Shown piece after piece: positions 38,201 through 51,280 of a DNA stretch of 64,000 nucleotides. This stretch comes from Mobula birostris (Eukaryota). The notes under the pieces are model-generated. The model made no database searches. It saw nothing but the letters and a program-made list of their open reading frames with translations, and had not been told where the DNA came from. A program made the position numbers and the translations under genes. Location: positions 14,033,820 through 14,097,819 of the forward strand of contig NC_092396.1 in assembly GCF_030028105.1 (NCBI RefSeq), written 5' to 3'. The stretch's first letter is position 1, and the number at the start of each line of letters is the position of its first letter.

Positions 38201-38709
38201 GTTTGTGTCTGTTAAATTCCAGATATTCATCATCATCTAATGATCCTTTGATGTTCTAAGCTGCCCTTCACTTGTAACTTCTTTGTACTGTTTTCCTTAT
38301 CCTTTCTACTACAACCATCTGAGGTGCACTTCCTGGGCATCCAATTCTCTTTCCATTACACTATCTATTGGAAGGACTTTAGATGGCTTATCCTTAGATT
38401 CTGACATTTCTTGCTGGCATCTCTTCTTTTAATATCCTTGTTTAAGTTGCTTGAAATATTTTCTTTCAACTATACATTTAATCAGCTCTCCTAATTTTTC
38501 CATTGATATTTGGTGTCCAAATATTGGAAACTAAATCATTGCATGTATTTAAAGCAGAGGTTAATAGGTACTTAGTGAAGATGTCAAAGATTACAGGGAG
38601 TGATAATAAATCAGGTGTGATCAATTGGCAGAGCAGATTCAATGGCCAGATGGCCTAATTCTGCTGCTGTGTCTTCACCCTGTCTACTCCTGTTATATTT
38701 TCCCAGTGT

Positions 38710-38726
38710 GTCACTAGAGGGCACCA
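38710..38726 (+). promoter_or_regulatory. Candidate CTCF motif
   Basis: GTCACTAGAGGGCACCA is close to the CCASYAGRKGGCRS consensus. Confidence 0.4.
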
Positions 38727-40157
38727 TTGAGTATAATTTTAGATTGAATATATGACCAGAAGAAAGCAGCTTTAAGTTTCAGGGCAAATGTTACGACTCA
38801 AGAGGCTCAAGTGATCCCTAGAAGTGCCGAAAGTCGGGAAGTTAAAATAGAATTTGATTTTCCATTAGTCTAGCTGTCATTACAATTACCTTTATTTCTT
38901 GCAACTATCATTTGAACCCGGATCACTGGTACAGTACCAGCGGCCTGGGTTCCATTCACGCCACTGCCTGCAAGGAGTTTGTATGTTCTCCCTGTGACTG
39001 CATTGGTTTCCTCCAGGTGCTCCAGTTTCTTCTCACACTCCAAAGACTGACTTGGGGATGTTCAGCCCCTTGTAGTAATTCCTTTCTGACTGAAGAAAAG
39101 ATGGATTGGTATGTAATATTTGATTGTACTTTAGTGATGCTGACTTGAAAAAGGTGTTTTGCCTTTCAGCGCAATCTCAGTTAGGCTATGTCACAAAAAA
39201 AGTCATGAATCAGGGTTCATGGGGACATAAGAAGCTGCAGATGCTGGAACCTGAGACAGTAAAACAACCTCCTGCAGGAACTCAGTGGGTCAGGAATTAT
39301 CGACAGAGGAAAATGGACAGTTCGTATGTCAGACTGATACCCAAAAGTTATCACCAGTCCAAAACTGGATATAGATTGGTCAAGGTGCAGAACTACTATG
39401 GAGAGATTTCAGGAAGAAAATAATGAAGGGCAGATTGTTTGACTAGTTGGCCAGTATGGATTAAGTCATAAACCAGAACTTTACTGTTTAGCTTTAAATT
39501 GACAGATTTTCATTTTTAATACCAGTCACCTAGTAATAAAAAGAAGTTATTGTATAAATAACCTACTGTAGGATTAGAATGAACAACTTTGCGATATTCA
39601 GTGGGATTAAATTCTTCAGACATTAAGGCTAATATGTTTGTTATCCTCAAAGGATATTATTTTGTTAAAGTTTCTTTATCTTCTGATATAAAATGAGAAA
39701 GATATGAATTTGATTCTCTATCCAGAACGATCAAATTCTTCTTTTGTTCTGACATAGAAGAAAGACATTAATGACATCAGCTCTCACGACTCTCCCATCA
39801 GTTGTATTCCCTTACTTGTATCCCTGTAACTGATTCTCTTTCACATTCCCTAGCACTTCTTAGAAAAATGGATACCAAGTAGCAATGGAAGAATTAGGAG
39901 AGCTAATTAGATGCACAGTTGAAAGGAAAGGTGTCAAATAAAGATATTAAAAGAAGGTATGCCAGCAAGTAATGGCAAGTATATAGATATTGGCAGGTAC
40001 ATTTCCTAGACACTGGTGAGAAGGCAAATATTATTACCAAATATGATATTTTCTAATGCTGTCCTTTCAAGGCCATCTGCCATATCTTCCTGTTTGGTTA
40101 AAAGCTTAAAGAAGAAAGCCATCATCCCTTGTATTGTGCAGCAAGCCAGAATGCTGA

Positions 40158-40640
40158 TAAGACCATAAGATATAGGATCAGAATTAGGTCACTTGGCCCA
40201 TCAAGCCTTTTTCGCCATGTCATCGTGGCTGATCCAATTTTCCTCTCAGCCCCAATCTCCTGCCATCTCCCTGTATCTCTTCATGCTCTGACCAAATCAA
40301 GAATCTATCAACATCTGCCTTAAATATACATAAAGACTTGGCCTCTACAGCTGCCTGTTGCAAAGAAATCCACAGATTCACTACTCTTTGGTGAAAGAAA
40401 TTCCTCCTCATCTCTGTTCTAAAAGGACACCCCTCTATTCTGTGGCTGTGCCCTCTATTCTTAGCCTCTCCCATTATAGGAAACATCCTCTCCATATCCA
40501 CTCTGTCAAGGTCTTTCACCATTCGATAGTTGTCATTGAGGTCACCGCTCATTCTTCTGATTTCCAGTGAGTACAGGCCCAGAACATTCAAATGCTTGAA
40601 ATATGACAAGCCATTCAATCCTAGAATCATTTTCATTAAC
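40158..40640 (-). mobile_element. CR1 3' end
   Basis: LGLYSLE.RRMSGDL...RGHS...FFHQRVVNLW (ORF 40220-40636); tail AAGACCATAAGATATAGG. Confidence 0.9.
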
Positions 40641-41771
40641 AGATGTATATTGCATAATAGCTTTGATACTGGTGTACTTCATGCCCAGTGGTGCTTGCCC
40701 AGGCTCTAAATACTCATTCCAAATATCTAGATGCCCAACTAAATTCTGCAGTATCTGAGATCACTAGAACCCTTATTTATGCTTTCAGTATTTTCCAGTA
40801 TTGCTGTCATAATTGTTTGTCACAATGCAGCCTTGTACAGTATAGAGATATAGATGGCATCATAGATATTCCGTAATTTTTCAACCTCACTACTTGTTTT
40901 CCTTGAAACATTTTGGATACTCAAACAGGACATACAGTATAGTAAAAAAAAATTAAAGATTAGCTTTTTTTTGTAATTTATTTTTTATTGAATTTCATCA
41001 TCAAACATTTCCACAAGATGTATTTCAGACACTGTACATATATATACATACACACACACACACACACACAGATATACATATATATATCATATAATCATAT
41101 TTGTCACAAATCTCCACATAATATTTATCTGAGGTATACACTTATAGAAAGGAGAGGGAAGAAAGAACAATCGAAAGAAGAGAACTATGTACAGAGTAGG
41201 GAGTGATCTTTTTTTTACAACATACTCATTGATGTGTGAGAATAAAATCAGGCCTATGAGGTATTATGTAGTTAAACCATTTTTTCCAGTATAAATAAAA
41301 TTGTTCCAACTTATGATTAACAGATGCTGTTATCTTCTCCATTTTGTAAATGTCCATTGTAATTTCCATCCATACATTTATAGTTGGGCTCTCCTGTGAT
41401 AACCATTTCCTGGTCAGGGTCTTTTTACCAGCCACCAGAAGTACATTAATTAAATATTTATCTCTTTTCAACCATTCTTGAGGTATAAACCCAAAATATA
41501 TGGTCTTACTCTCTAAGGGTATTTCACATTTAAAGATGTCTTGTAGGGCATTATGTATCCCACTCCAATAGTCTTTGATAACGAGGCATTCCCAGAAAAT
41601 ATGATAATGATTTGCATTTTGATTTCCACAATTTCTCCAGCAGACAGTGGGGTTACTATCATAATGAGATTTCTGAGGGGGTGTAATAAAATATCTTATC
41701 AAGTTTTTCCACCTGAACTCCCTCCATTTCTGTGAACTGGTACACTTCCATTGACACCTCTATATTATTGT

Positions 41772-42738
41772 GATACTGTGATATACTGCGTCCAGTGTTC
41801 CCGATGTGGCCTTCTGTATATTGGCGAGACCCGACGCAGACTGGGAGGACAGTCCTTCCAGGTGAGGTGACACCTCACCTGTGAGTTGGCTGGGGTGATG
41901 TACTGCGTCCGGTGCTCCCGATGTAGCTTTCTCCCTGAGCCAATAGACTGGTCCTGGACTTTTTTCCATTTGGCATAGTTTGCATTTTGTTGTTTGATTG
42001 TTTGTGGTTTTTGTATTGCTATATTTATGCTCTATTCTTGGTGCAGCTGTAATGAAACCCAATTTCCCTCGGGATCAATAAAGTATATCTATCTATCTAT
42101 CTATATATTGGTGAGACCCGACACAGACTGGGAGATCGTTTCGCTGAACACCTACGCTCTGTCTGCCAGAGAAAGCAGGATCTCCCAGTGGCCACACATT
42201 TTAATTCCACATCCCATTCCCATTTTGATATGTCTATCCATGGCCTCCTCTACTGTAAAGATGAAGCCACACTCAGGTTGGAGGAATAACACCTTATATT
42301 CCGTCTGGGTAGCCTCCAACCTGATGGCATGAACATTGACTTCTCTAACTTCTGCTAATGGCCCACTTCCCCCTCGTACCCCATCTGTTATTTATTTATA
42401 TACACACATTCTTTTTCTCCCACTGTCCCTCTCACTATACTCCTTGCCCATCCTCTGGGTTTTCCCCCCTCCCCCTTTTCTTTCTCCCTGGGCCTCCTGT
42501 CCCATGATCCTCTCATATCCCTTTTGCCAATCAACTGTCCAGCTCTTGGCTCCATCCCTTCCCCTCCTGTCTTCTCCTATCATTTTGAATCTCCCCCTCC
42601 CCCTCCCACTTTCAAATCTCTTACTAGCTCTTCTTTCAGTTAGTCCTGACGAAGGGTCTCGGCCCGATACGTTGACTGTACCTCTTCCTAGAGATGCTGC
42701 CTGGCCTCCTGTGTTCACCAGCAACTTTGATGTGTGTT
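41772..42738 (+). mobile_element. Penelope-like element (GIY-YIG and pLTR) nested in L1
   Basis: VIYCVQCSRCGLLYIGETRRRLG; 16 bp TSD ACCTC(T/C)ATATTATTGT (41756-41771 / 42739-42754); HHR 42642-42677 with GAAA changed to GATA. Confidence 0.9.
41932..42100 (+). mobile_element. LINE 3' tail with (TATC)n end nested in the PLE
   Basis: AATTTCCCTCGGGATCAATAAAGTA(TATC)n splits the PLE sequence TTTCT|CTATATATTGG. Confidence 0.7.
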
Positions 42739-42888
42739 ACCTCCATATTATTGTCCAGTCTTTGTCAGATATTATTATCCCTCCTTCCTTCTCCCATTAT
42801 GTTTTAATGTATGAAGTTGAATGTGTTTTAAGATTTGACAAACCCTTATACACGCTTGAAATCATTCTACTACCGTTGTCTGAATTAT

Positions 42889-43175
42889 ATTAAAGATTAG
42901 CTTTATTTGTCACATGTACATAAAATATCGAAACGCACAGTAAAGTGTATGGTTTGCATCAATGCCCAATGCAGTCTGAGGGTGTGCAGGGGGCAGCCTG
43001 CAAGTGTCGCCGTGCTTCTGCCATGAACATAGCAGGCCCATAACTTACTGACTCTGACCTATACGTCTTTAGAAGATGGAAGGAAATCAGAGGATGTGGA
43101 GGAACCCCACACGGTCACTGGGATAACGTACATACTGCTTGAGATTGCTGCCAACTTCTACATTACTGTGCCACT
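42889..43175 (-). mobile_element. V-SINE (HE1-like); its tail is the L1 insertion target
   Basis: CTTTATTTGTCACATGTACA tail as in 22430; GGAGGAACCCCACACGGTCAC V-domain. Confidence 0.7.
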
Positions 43176-44881
43176 CTAGGAATCTAGATGGAAGAAGGAA
43201 AAATCAGGAAAATCTTGAATTTGCAAACCAGCAGTGAAGCTACCCGTTCAAGACACACTGGGGAAATCTGAACAGGTCATGGTCATTGGTGCCTTTTACA
43301 CATGTGGTCTGAGTATCCGACAGGATATGACTGTTTCGTCTGATTTAACTCTGCAAAACACTGTAAACTTTCAGTGCCATATTTAAGGTAAACTCCCTTT
43401 CCTCAAACAGTAGATTGGTTAACAAACCTCAGAGTGAACCAAAGTTTGTTCCTCAAACCAGCCTCATAAAAAATGAGTTTATGTTGCTGTTTATAGGGGT
43501 CATGCCATCCAGATATCATCAGCTATGTTTTTACATCACAGTAGTGATTGTACATCAAATATAATTAGTGGCTATAAAACAACGTGATGTCCTGCAGTGA
43601 TCGAAAGCACCATATAAATGCAAATTCATTCTTTGACTATTTCTGCCCTTTTATATTTTCTTTTGCTATAAATTATGAACATCGTCATCATCTGGGATTG
43701 AACTTGTGAAGCTGAGTTTCTTTTGCCACAACCCCCATTGAAACTTTGCAAAAGAAATCAACCACGACCTTCTGGATCTAATAATGTACAAATTTAAGTT
43801 TGATCAATATTGTGTAAACTGGAAGCAGCAGCAAAATTTAACATTATAAGGTGCTCTAGTAATCAGATGTGACCCCTCCCAATCCTGTGGGACAGTAGCT
43901 GTCAGCAGACGAAAACCTCTGATCTAAAATTTCATTGTTTATAATTGAACAATTAATGCCAAGGAAAATTGGGGTAGGGTTAAAGAATTAATGGTTTCTT
44001 AGCGACTTAAATTTTAGGCTATACAGCCTAAAATTTACCTGTGCACGTGGAGACTTTCCAAGAGTATTTGTAGTTCATTGGTATGAAATCTCACATCAGC
44101 ATCTTTCTTCATTACATGGTGTAAAATGTTTTTGAAATTGGAAAAAAATTGCAGATGCTAGAAACAGGAAATGTGGACAAAAATTCTGGAAACATTCATA
44201 AGGGCTGACCGTATCTGTGGAAAGAGAAACATAGTGCTTGTCTGAGTGCTTTCAACTGAAATAATTTTGTTTGCTTAATTTTTATAGTCTCCTTTCCTAA
44301 ATACTGTAGTTCTTGCTGGGTGGAATTCAGTGGCTATAAACAACCTCATCTAAATATTCATTTTGTAACACCCAAAACAATGATTGTCCGTGTTATTTTT
44401 ATCTTAAGGAGCTACGTCAGTTGAAACTTGGTTCTGAAGGACATTGACTAACTCACAATTTGGGTGGACTATGAAACCTGAACTAAGTGTAGTTAGAAAT
44501 TAGAAAAGCTACTACTTTAACCCTTGCTCTTTTCAAATACATGATCAAAGTATTGGCCCTTTAATGTATGGGTTTCATTTTCAGCAGGAATGTAAACATT
44601 TCTTCTCACCAGGTTGGGGCACCCAGGTAACATGATTACTCCATAAGCCTGCTCTTGCAGAAATCTGGGGGAATTTAACTTGGGATGTTTTTCCATACTG
44701 GGCAGGGAATTACATTGTAATTATGGTGATTTCAGTCAGAGAAACTGGTGAGAATCTGAGAATGGAACTTGTATGATTTTAGCTAAATTCTAGGAATTTT
44801 GGCTTGGTATCATTTTTGTCACAAGTTTATAAAACTAATCTGTTTGTGGATATCAACAAATAATTCAAGGAGATGCATAAT

Positions 44882-45711
44882 CAGTTGATTTAAGTTAATT
44901 AGGCCATTGATAATCAGGGCAGCCTTTATTTGGTAGAACTCTTAAAGAACAAAAAACTAATTGAGAAAGTAGGTGGAGTTCAATTCATTTATTTGAGACA
45001 CTATGCCACTTAATTGGGAGAAGAGACTGTTGCTGAATAGTTTCTAACTAGCACCAGTTGTGTGCACTTGCAGTGGCCATTAGACACTATACCATGCTTA
45101 GAGTGAACAGTTTTTAAATAATTTCAGTTGCATATGTTTGTGTTCAAAAAGCAGTGATTTTTGTCACTGATGGTTGGTGAAAAAGAAGCAGCAAGACAAT
45201 CCAGAACTGTTTTGCTCATTATGGTTTCAAGCATAGTCATTGACAGAGGCTTGGAGGTGCCAGAAACAGCCGGGAATGAAAATAAATCAATTTCACTACT
45301 TCAGCATGTTAGGATCTATGAAGAATTTGATGTTATTGACAATCATCTTGAATGTTAAAATAAAAATGAAGATTTGGAGGATGCAATTGTTGAAAGTATT
45401 GTATGAAGCTAGTCCATTATCTGCACTAGTGTTTCTACTGATTTTGCTTATTTACAATCAAAAGAACAGGGCAGTGACAATGATTGACTTCCTCCATCAT
45501 TATCTGTTCAGAACAGTTGTGTAGTATTATTGATAGTGTTCTAATTTGTTCTGTATTTCATTTAAATGCATAATTTATTACTCAGTTAAACAGTAGTTTG
45601 TCTTTCTTATACCTTTTAACAATTTCCATGAAACTTTAGCTAATTGGGGCAGCCGTTAACTGAGCCAAGATGAACTGGTCTTGATGTGTCCCAATTAACC
45701 AGAATCAACTG
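44882..45711 (+). mobile_element. Tigger/pogo-like non-autonomous DNA transposon
   Basis: TIRs CAGTTGATTTAAGTTAATTAGG / CCAATTAACCAGAATCAACTG followed by TA; remnant YEEFDVIDNHLEC. Confidence 0.75.
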
Positions 45712-46411
45712 TATTGTAAGCAATACCATAATATGGATAAAATATCAAAATTGGACTCTGGTATCTACTGACATGCATACAAATAATCCCCTAGATTTTT
45801 CAAATAAGAGTCAGTATTTCTTCCAATACATTTATCACCATCTCACTCATCACTTATTTTGATAAGAAATGTGATTTCACTAAAAATGTAATCTGTTAGT
45901 TAGGATGCCAGTTCTTTCTGTCATTTTCTGATTTTATTTGTTTTTCTGCAGCTTGTAGTAGCTTCCTTTTTTAAAAAAAAAGAACTCTGCCTCTTTTATG
46001 TTCAGAGGTTTTTTACCACAATTCTATTGGCTATTCCACCATTTTATAGATGCGTAAAATATCCCCTGGGAAAAGTGGTCTAAGTAACCTATCCTAGTAT
46101 TTGTATAAGCATCTGATATTTTGAGCTCGGGCATGGCAATTATGACTGCTCAAAACGTCCAGCCCTGTTTTGAAACACACAATCTGTTCAAACGCCTTTG
46201 TTTCTGAAATATGTGGTTTGGTTATCTGTTATTTCTGTCATCAGGTCAGATGTTTTGAAATGTGACATTTGACTTCAGCAAGATAATTTGCTAAAATCTA
46301 AGATATGATGGCTTGAGTATGACAGGAAATGTGTGTGGTGCTTGAAGGATTTAGACCTCTCATGTTTTATGTGTTATAGGTAATAGTCTACAACACGTAA
46401 AACAGGTAATG

Positions 46412-46715
46412 ATGCGACATGGTAGTCTAGTGGTTAGCACAATGCCTTACAGTACCAGTGACCTAGGTTCAATTCCAATCACTGCCAGTAAGGGGTTTGT
46501 ACATTCTTCCTGTAACCGTGTGGGTTTCCTCTGGGTGCTTTGTTTTCCTCCCACTGTCCAAAGACGTCCCAGTTGGTAGGTTAATTGGTCATTGTAAATT
46601 GTCCTGTGATTAGGCTAGGGTTGAATCGGGGGTGAGGGGGTGCTGGGTGGCACGGCTGGAAGGGTGCATTCCACAATGTATCTCAATAAATAAATAAATA
46701 AACAAATAAATAAAT
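46412..46715 (+). mobile_element. V-SINE (HE1-like), near full length
   Basis: A box GGTAGTCTAGTGG; B box GGTTCAATTCC; V-domain GTGTGGGTTTCCTCTGGGTGCT; (TAAA)n tail. Confidence 0.85.
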
Positions 46716-47727
46716 CTAGAGAATCATTAACATAAAAAGAATAGCAGTGTTGGTAGAGGTTTATAGTAGTCGTTTCCATAAAACAAGTATTAAATAATTT
46801 TAACAAGTTTAATCAAATTTAATCAAAATTAGTAAACCTATGATCCATCAGGCAGTATTTTATATTTTAAAAAAAGGATAATGTATGCATATACATTAAC
46901 TTTAGTTTGTTATAGACCACAGTGAAACTTTTATTCCAACAATAACAACATTTTTCACTTAATGGGTGCTAATAATATAGGTAAAAATCTTGCGAGAAAC
47001 TTCACAAAGTGCATAATTAGATGCTAGTTTACATTAAGCCAGAGAGGGAGACCGTAGGTCAGATTACCCAAGCTTTGTATAAGAGAAGGAGATTTAGAGA
47101 AGGAATTCAAAACTTCTGACCTGGGTACTTGAAGGCACAGCTGCTAATAACAGGCAATAGCCAGCAGGCCCAAAGTAGAAAAGTGCAGAAATCAAGTACA
47201 GTGGGGTGAGGCCATGGGAAGACTTTAGACAAGAGCATAAAACAAATCAAACCACCATGTTTATAGTCACGAGTATGGGCATGGTAGTTGATTGGCAATT
47301 GGTGCAAATTAGTATTCAAGCAACAAAGTTTGGAGGAATTTTGTTTTGTGGAGGCCAGCCAGTGGACTTTTGTAATTGTCAGGTCCGGATACATAGGCTT
47401 CCAGCCACCACTGAAAGGCAAGTGATATTATGGAAATGAAAGTATTGGGATTAGGATGTCAAGAGCTCAGGTAACATCTGCAGCTAGAGAATGATATTCA
47501 AGGTGAGGGTTGAACACAGTAGGTTCAGACTTTCCAATATCCAAATGGACTTGAAATGCAAGCTGAATTTCAGAATGTATAACCTAATTGGTGAATTTGG
47601 TAGTAGTTAAAATTGAATGTTTAAAAAAGGAAACATTAATAAGCACTGCAGGTAAACTATTCCCTTTTTAATTAATGAAGCCCCTCTGTAACCGCATATC
47701 TGAAATGGTATAGTCTCAAACATCGCT

Positions 47728-47747
47728 GGGCAAGTCTAGGCCTGCCT
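47728..47747 (+). promoter_or_regulatory. TP73: p53/p73 response element in the DeltaNp73 (P2) promoter
   Basis: GGGCAAGTCT AGGCCTGCCT: one perfect RRRCWWGYYY half-site plus one half-site with a single mismatch, zero spacer, ~310 bp upstream of the DeltaN ATG. Confidence 0.85.
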
Positions 47748-48059
47748 TGTGGTTAATTGAATAGTCATGAGGAATAGAGGGGAGGTCCAAGTTTTGTTGT
47801 TAGATGCAGTCAAGAGAGAGGGTTGAGAAAGAGGCAGAGAAAAAGGAAGATAGGAAGAGATGGAAAAGCAACAGAAGCTGTCCCAATGTGTTTCACCGTT
47901 CCATTGTCCCCAAGACTTGGTTAGTAAATGTGAGTGAGGTGTGCTATAGATCCTGCACTATGTTTGTGTAAGTCAGAGAAAAAGATCCCTCCTCTCTCTC
48001 CCTGATGACACCTGAGGTGGGAACAATCCCAGCTGCACATACAATCCGGGAATACTAAA

Positions 48060-48098
48060 ATGCTTTACATAAGTGACGCAGCCCAGCACTGCACCACG
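48060..48098 (+). CDS. TP73: DeltaNp73 alternative first exon (exon 3') coding part, MLYISDAAQHCTT
   Basis: 13 codons matching human DeltaNp73 MLYVGDPARHLAT in length and motif; AAAATG start; donor ACG|GTAGGT at 48099; phase 0, the same as TA exon 3. Confidence 0.95.
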
Positions 48099-50582
48099 GT
48101 AGGTGGCTATAAATTTACCTCTTTTGAAATTCCTTTTATTTTTGAAACATATATTTATGTTGAGATCTGTACCTACTTGCTGATTTGTAGAAAAATAGTT
48201 TGATGCTGTTTTCAATTTCATTTAGCTTTGTTGCTAGGTAATTAGATAACTCCATGACTGAGATTAATGTTATTATTTTGACCTATTTTGTCTCCAATCT
48301 CAGGGATTTTTTTTTTAGTAATCCTGGTCCAAGTCACGCAGCCTTCTAGTGCTGCTATGTCCTTGACTCAAATTCCTATTGGATTCCGTCAAATCTGCTG
48401 GGCTAACTTTGGGGATCATATAATAGATATGTTCCAATTTGTTTAAAAAGACTAGTTCCTATGTGGTTTTTCTGTCATTTTATCATTGTCTATGCTTTAC
48501 CAGCACTGCTTTTGTTTATCACTGTTCTGACCTACCTGCTTGTGTTCCTTCAAAGTTGCAAATTCAGCACTGCGTACACTGCCTCCTTCCTTGCATTCAA
48601 CTTCATTGAAATCAGGACCTATCATTTCTTCTCCTGTAACTTGCTTTTGTTGGACCTTGAAAACTCAATCCTTTGCTTGCCTAAAGATTTCTTCCTTCAG
48701 ATTTTCAAATTATCCCCAAAGAGCATTTAATGAATGGATTGGCTCTGATGTCATAATATTTGAACAAAATCTTGATACTCTTATATTCTTCAATATATGA
48801 AATCACTGTCTAATGAGCTTGGTTAATAGCATCTACAAGTACAACTATATAAGCTATACAAACCTGTATTTCCTATATAAGTTAATTTTAATAAATAGAT
48901 TTAACCACAAGCCCAGTAGAATTTTTTAAAAGTTTCAAAGGCATGTTTCTCCAACCATACATTTTCTAAGAAGTGGTATGTAGATATATTTTTCTGGCAC
49001 TAGGAACTAAAATTACTAGTACTAGAAATTTAACCAAAGACTAATTAGCTGAAAATAAAGAACAATTCTAAAGGAGAGAAAACTGAGGGTTTCAACCCGA
49101 ACCATTGACAATTCATTTTTTCCCTACAGATGTTGCTTCTCCCACTGAGCTCCCCCAGCAGATTGTTTGTTGCTCTGGACAAAATTTTCTTCAGTTTTAC
49201 TAGTTCTATTTTTCTTGCCTGTCTTGAATCACCTAAAAAGAATCAATGCAGCCTGTCTACAAGAGAACATTAGATACCACGTATGATAAATATTGAACTT
49301 AGTGAATGTCTTTTTCCAGTTTAATTTCATCCTAGTGTAAGGTCATAATAAGTTAGAAGTTGGATATGTTTCGATAAACTCAAAACATGCTGCATACTAC
49401 TTGTAGTCAGACATTATTGTCCTTTAGGGGATGCTTTGTTCTGCATCACATGCAAATGACGCATTGGGGACTATTCTGAATTAGTGACACAATGGCATGT
49501 AATCCTAGAAACCACAGATGGAAGTTGATCAGCCTATAATGCACATTAGTGCTAGCTCTTCAAATGACTCATAATACGCAACTCAAATTCCATTTTCATG
49601 CCTTTCTCTCGTGTCCTTTTTTATTCTCTTTTCTGGCTAATTAGCATGTTCCTTGATACATACTTTACTCAAAAGCCCTTTCACTCTGTGTTCTAATGAC
49701 TCTTGGACACCTTCAGAAAGCAAGTTGGATGAATATAGAGACCTTCATGTGCCTCACCTGCAAACGTTTTACAGGGGGTAGAGGACTATGCGGAATAGTC
49801 AAGCCTGAGAATAGGGAGAAGAAGCTTAGGGAAGGAGAAATAAGAAATCTAGTTAATTGTTCATGTGAAACCTTGGAAGAATGGGGAAAAAAGTTTGACT
49901 GAGAAATAGTTTAAATTTATGTCAGGGTAACTTAGTGCCAATGGGATTGATAAATTTTTGAAAGCATCCTTATTGCTTTGGGTTTTTAAAAAATGTTTAT
50001 TTTAGTGCTTTGTCAAACTGGTAGATCCTGATATTCTTATATGACTGCCTCTTGATCTTGAGGATAATTCATCAGTCCATTACACCCAGCAGTGAACTTG
50101 CTGTCACAAGGGCTGCGAGTTAGTGATGGTTCTTTAACAACTGTAGCCTGATTTTCCATCCTTGCTCCCAATAGGATCAAATAGTAGTATGGGAGTGCCA
50201 AGTTACCTGTTACTGTTTTTTAAATCAGCCTGGTTCACTACATTGAATCTCACATAAGTCTCATTTATAGCCTCTGATCTCTGAGCACCTAACCTATGAG
50301 CTAAGAAATGAATCTTTTATCAAAAACTTTCAGAATCCCTGTAGATAAAGAAAGGCAGTTGAACTACTGTTTTGTATGGTCAGCATAAATATTTATCAAA
50401 ACTCATGAAATTTTATTTTTTCTCCATAACCCCATTCTTCCTTAAATGTATTGACAGTTGGAGATGACTGTATATGAGCATGAGACAACGTGGGTAACTA
50501 ACCAATAAAGTTCATTGAAATCAGTACCAGAAACCTTAGTGTTATTGGATGAGGAAGTTTATTTCTGCTCTAGGTAACTTAT

Positions 50583-50812
50583 AAACACAAGAGATTCTGC
50601 AGAAGCTGGAAAGCTTGAGCAACACACACATAGTGGTGGCAGAACTCAACAGGTCAGACAGCATTTATGGAAGGGAATACACAGTTGATATTTCAGGCCA
50701 AGGTTCTTCATTAGAACTAGAAAGGAAGGGGCCAGAAACCAGAATACAAAGGTCGGGGGAGAGGAAGAGGCGCAAATTGGCAGGTGATAGGTGAAACCAG
50801 GTGAGGGGGAGC
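50583..50812 (-). mobile_element. Penelope-like pLTR with degenerate HHR
   Basis: AAACACAAGAGATTCTGCAGAAGCTGG...GTTGATATTTCAGGCCAAGGTTCTTCATTAGAACT. Confidence 0.8.
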
Positions 50813-50999
50813 TATTTGCCACTTTTCATGTCACTGATCATTTTTATAACTCTCAGCTTGTTTCTGCCACAAACTACTCTTACAATTAAACACATTGAAC
50901 AAGTGAAATTACTCATTAGATAAATAATAAGATTAAAACTTAAGGATAAATAATAAGAAAATAGACTAGAATCTCTCATTTTAAATCTTAAAGTAATTT

Positions 51000-51280
51000 T
51001 ATTTATTTATATATTGGCATGCAAAGTGGAATAGGCCCCTCGAGCCATGCTGCCCAGCAGTCCCCCAATTTAATCATAGCCTCTCCACAGGACAATTTAT
51101 AATGACCAATTAACCTACCAACTGGTACACCTTTGGACTGTAGGAAGAAACCAGAGCACCCAGAGGAAATCCACACGGTCAAGGGGAGAATGTACAAACT
51201 CTTTACAACCAGCAGTGGGAAATGAACCTGGGTCACCTGCACTGTAAAGCGTTTGCTAACCACTACACCACTGTGCCGAG
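51000..51280 (-). mobile_element. V-SINE (HE1-like)
   Basis: Reverse-complement similarity to 46412-46715. Confidence 0.8.

Larger units (their letters stand above)
40968..42888 (-). mobile_element. L1/Tx1-clade LINE 3' end, interrupted by a PLE at 41772-42738
   Basis: CWRNCGNQNANHYHIFWEC CCHC domain...YKMEK...YWKKW (ORF 41226-41702); poly(T) on the + strand at ~40965-40987; ~16 bp TSD ATTAAAGATTAGCTTT (40952-40967 / 42889-42904). Confidence 0.9.

Noticed and set aside
42336-42893. Longest ORF in the track (185 aa) and similar ORFs containing PDEGSRP or DAAWPA
   Set aside because: Chance translation of the pyrimidine-rich PLE terminal repeat and HHR; not a protein
47930-47973. Donor-like GTGAGT (47930) and GTAAGT (47968) in the DeltaN 5' region
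   Set aside because: Weak exonic context (AAT, TGT) and no evidence of use without RNA data
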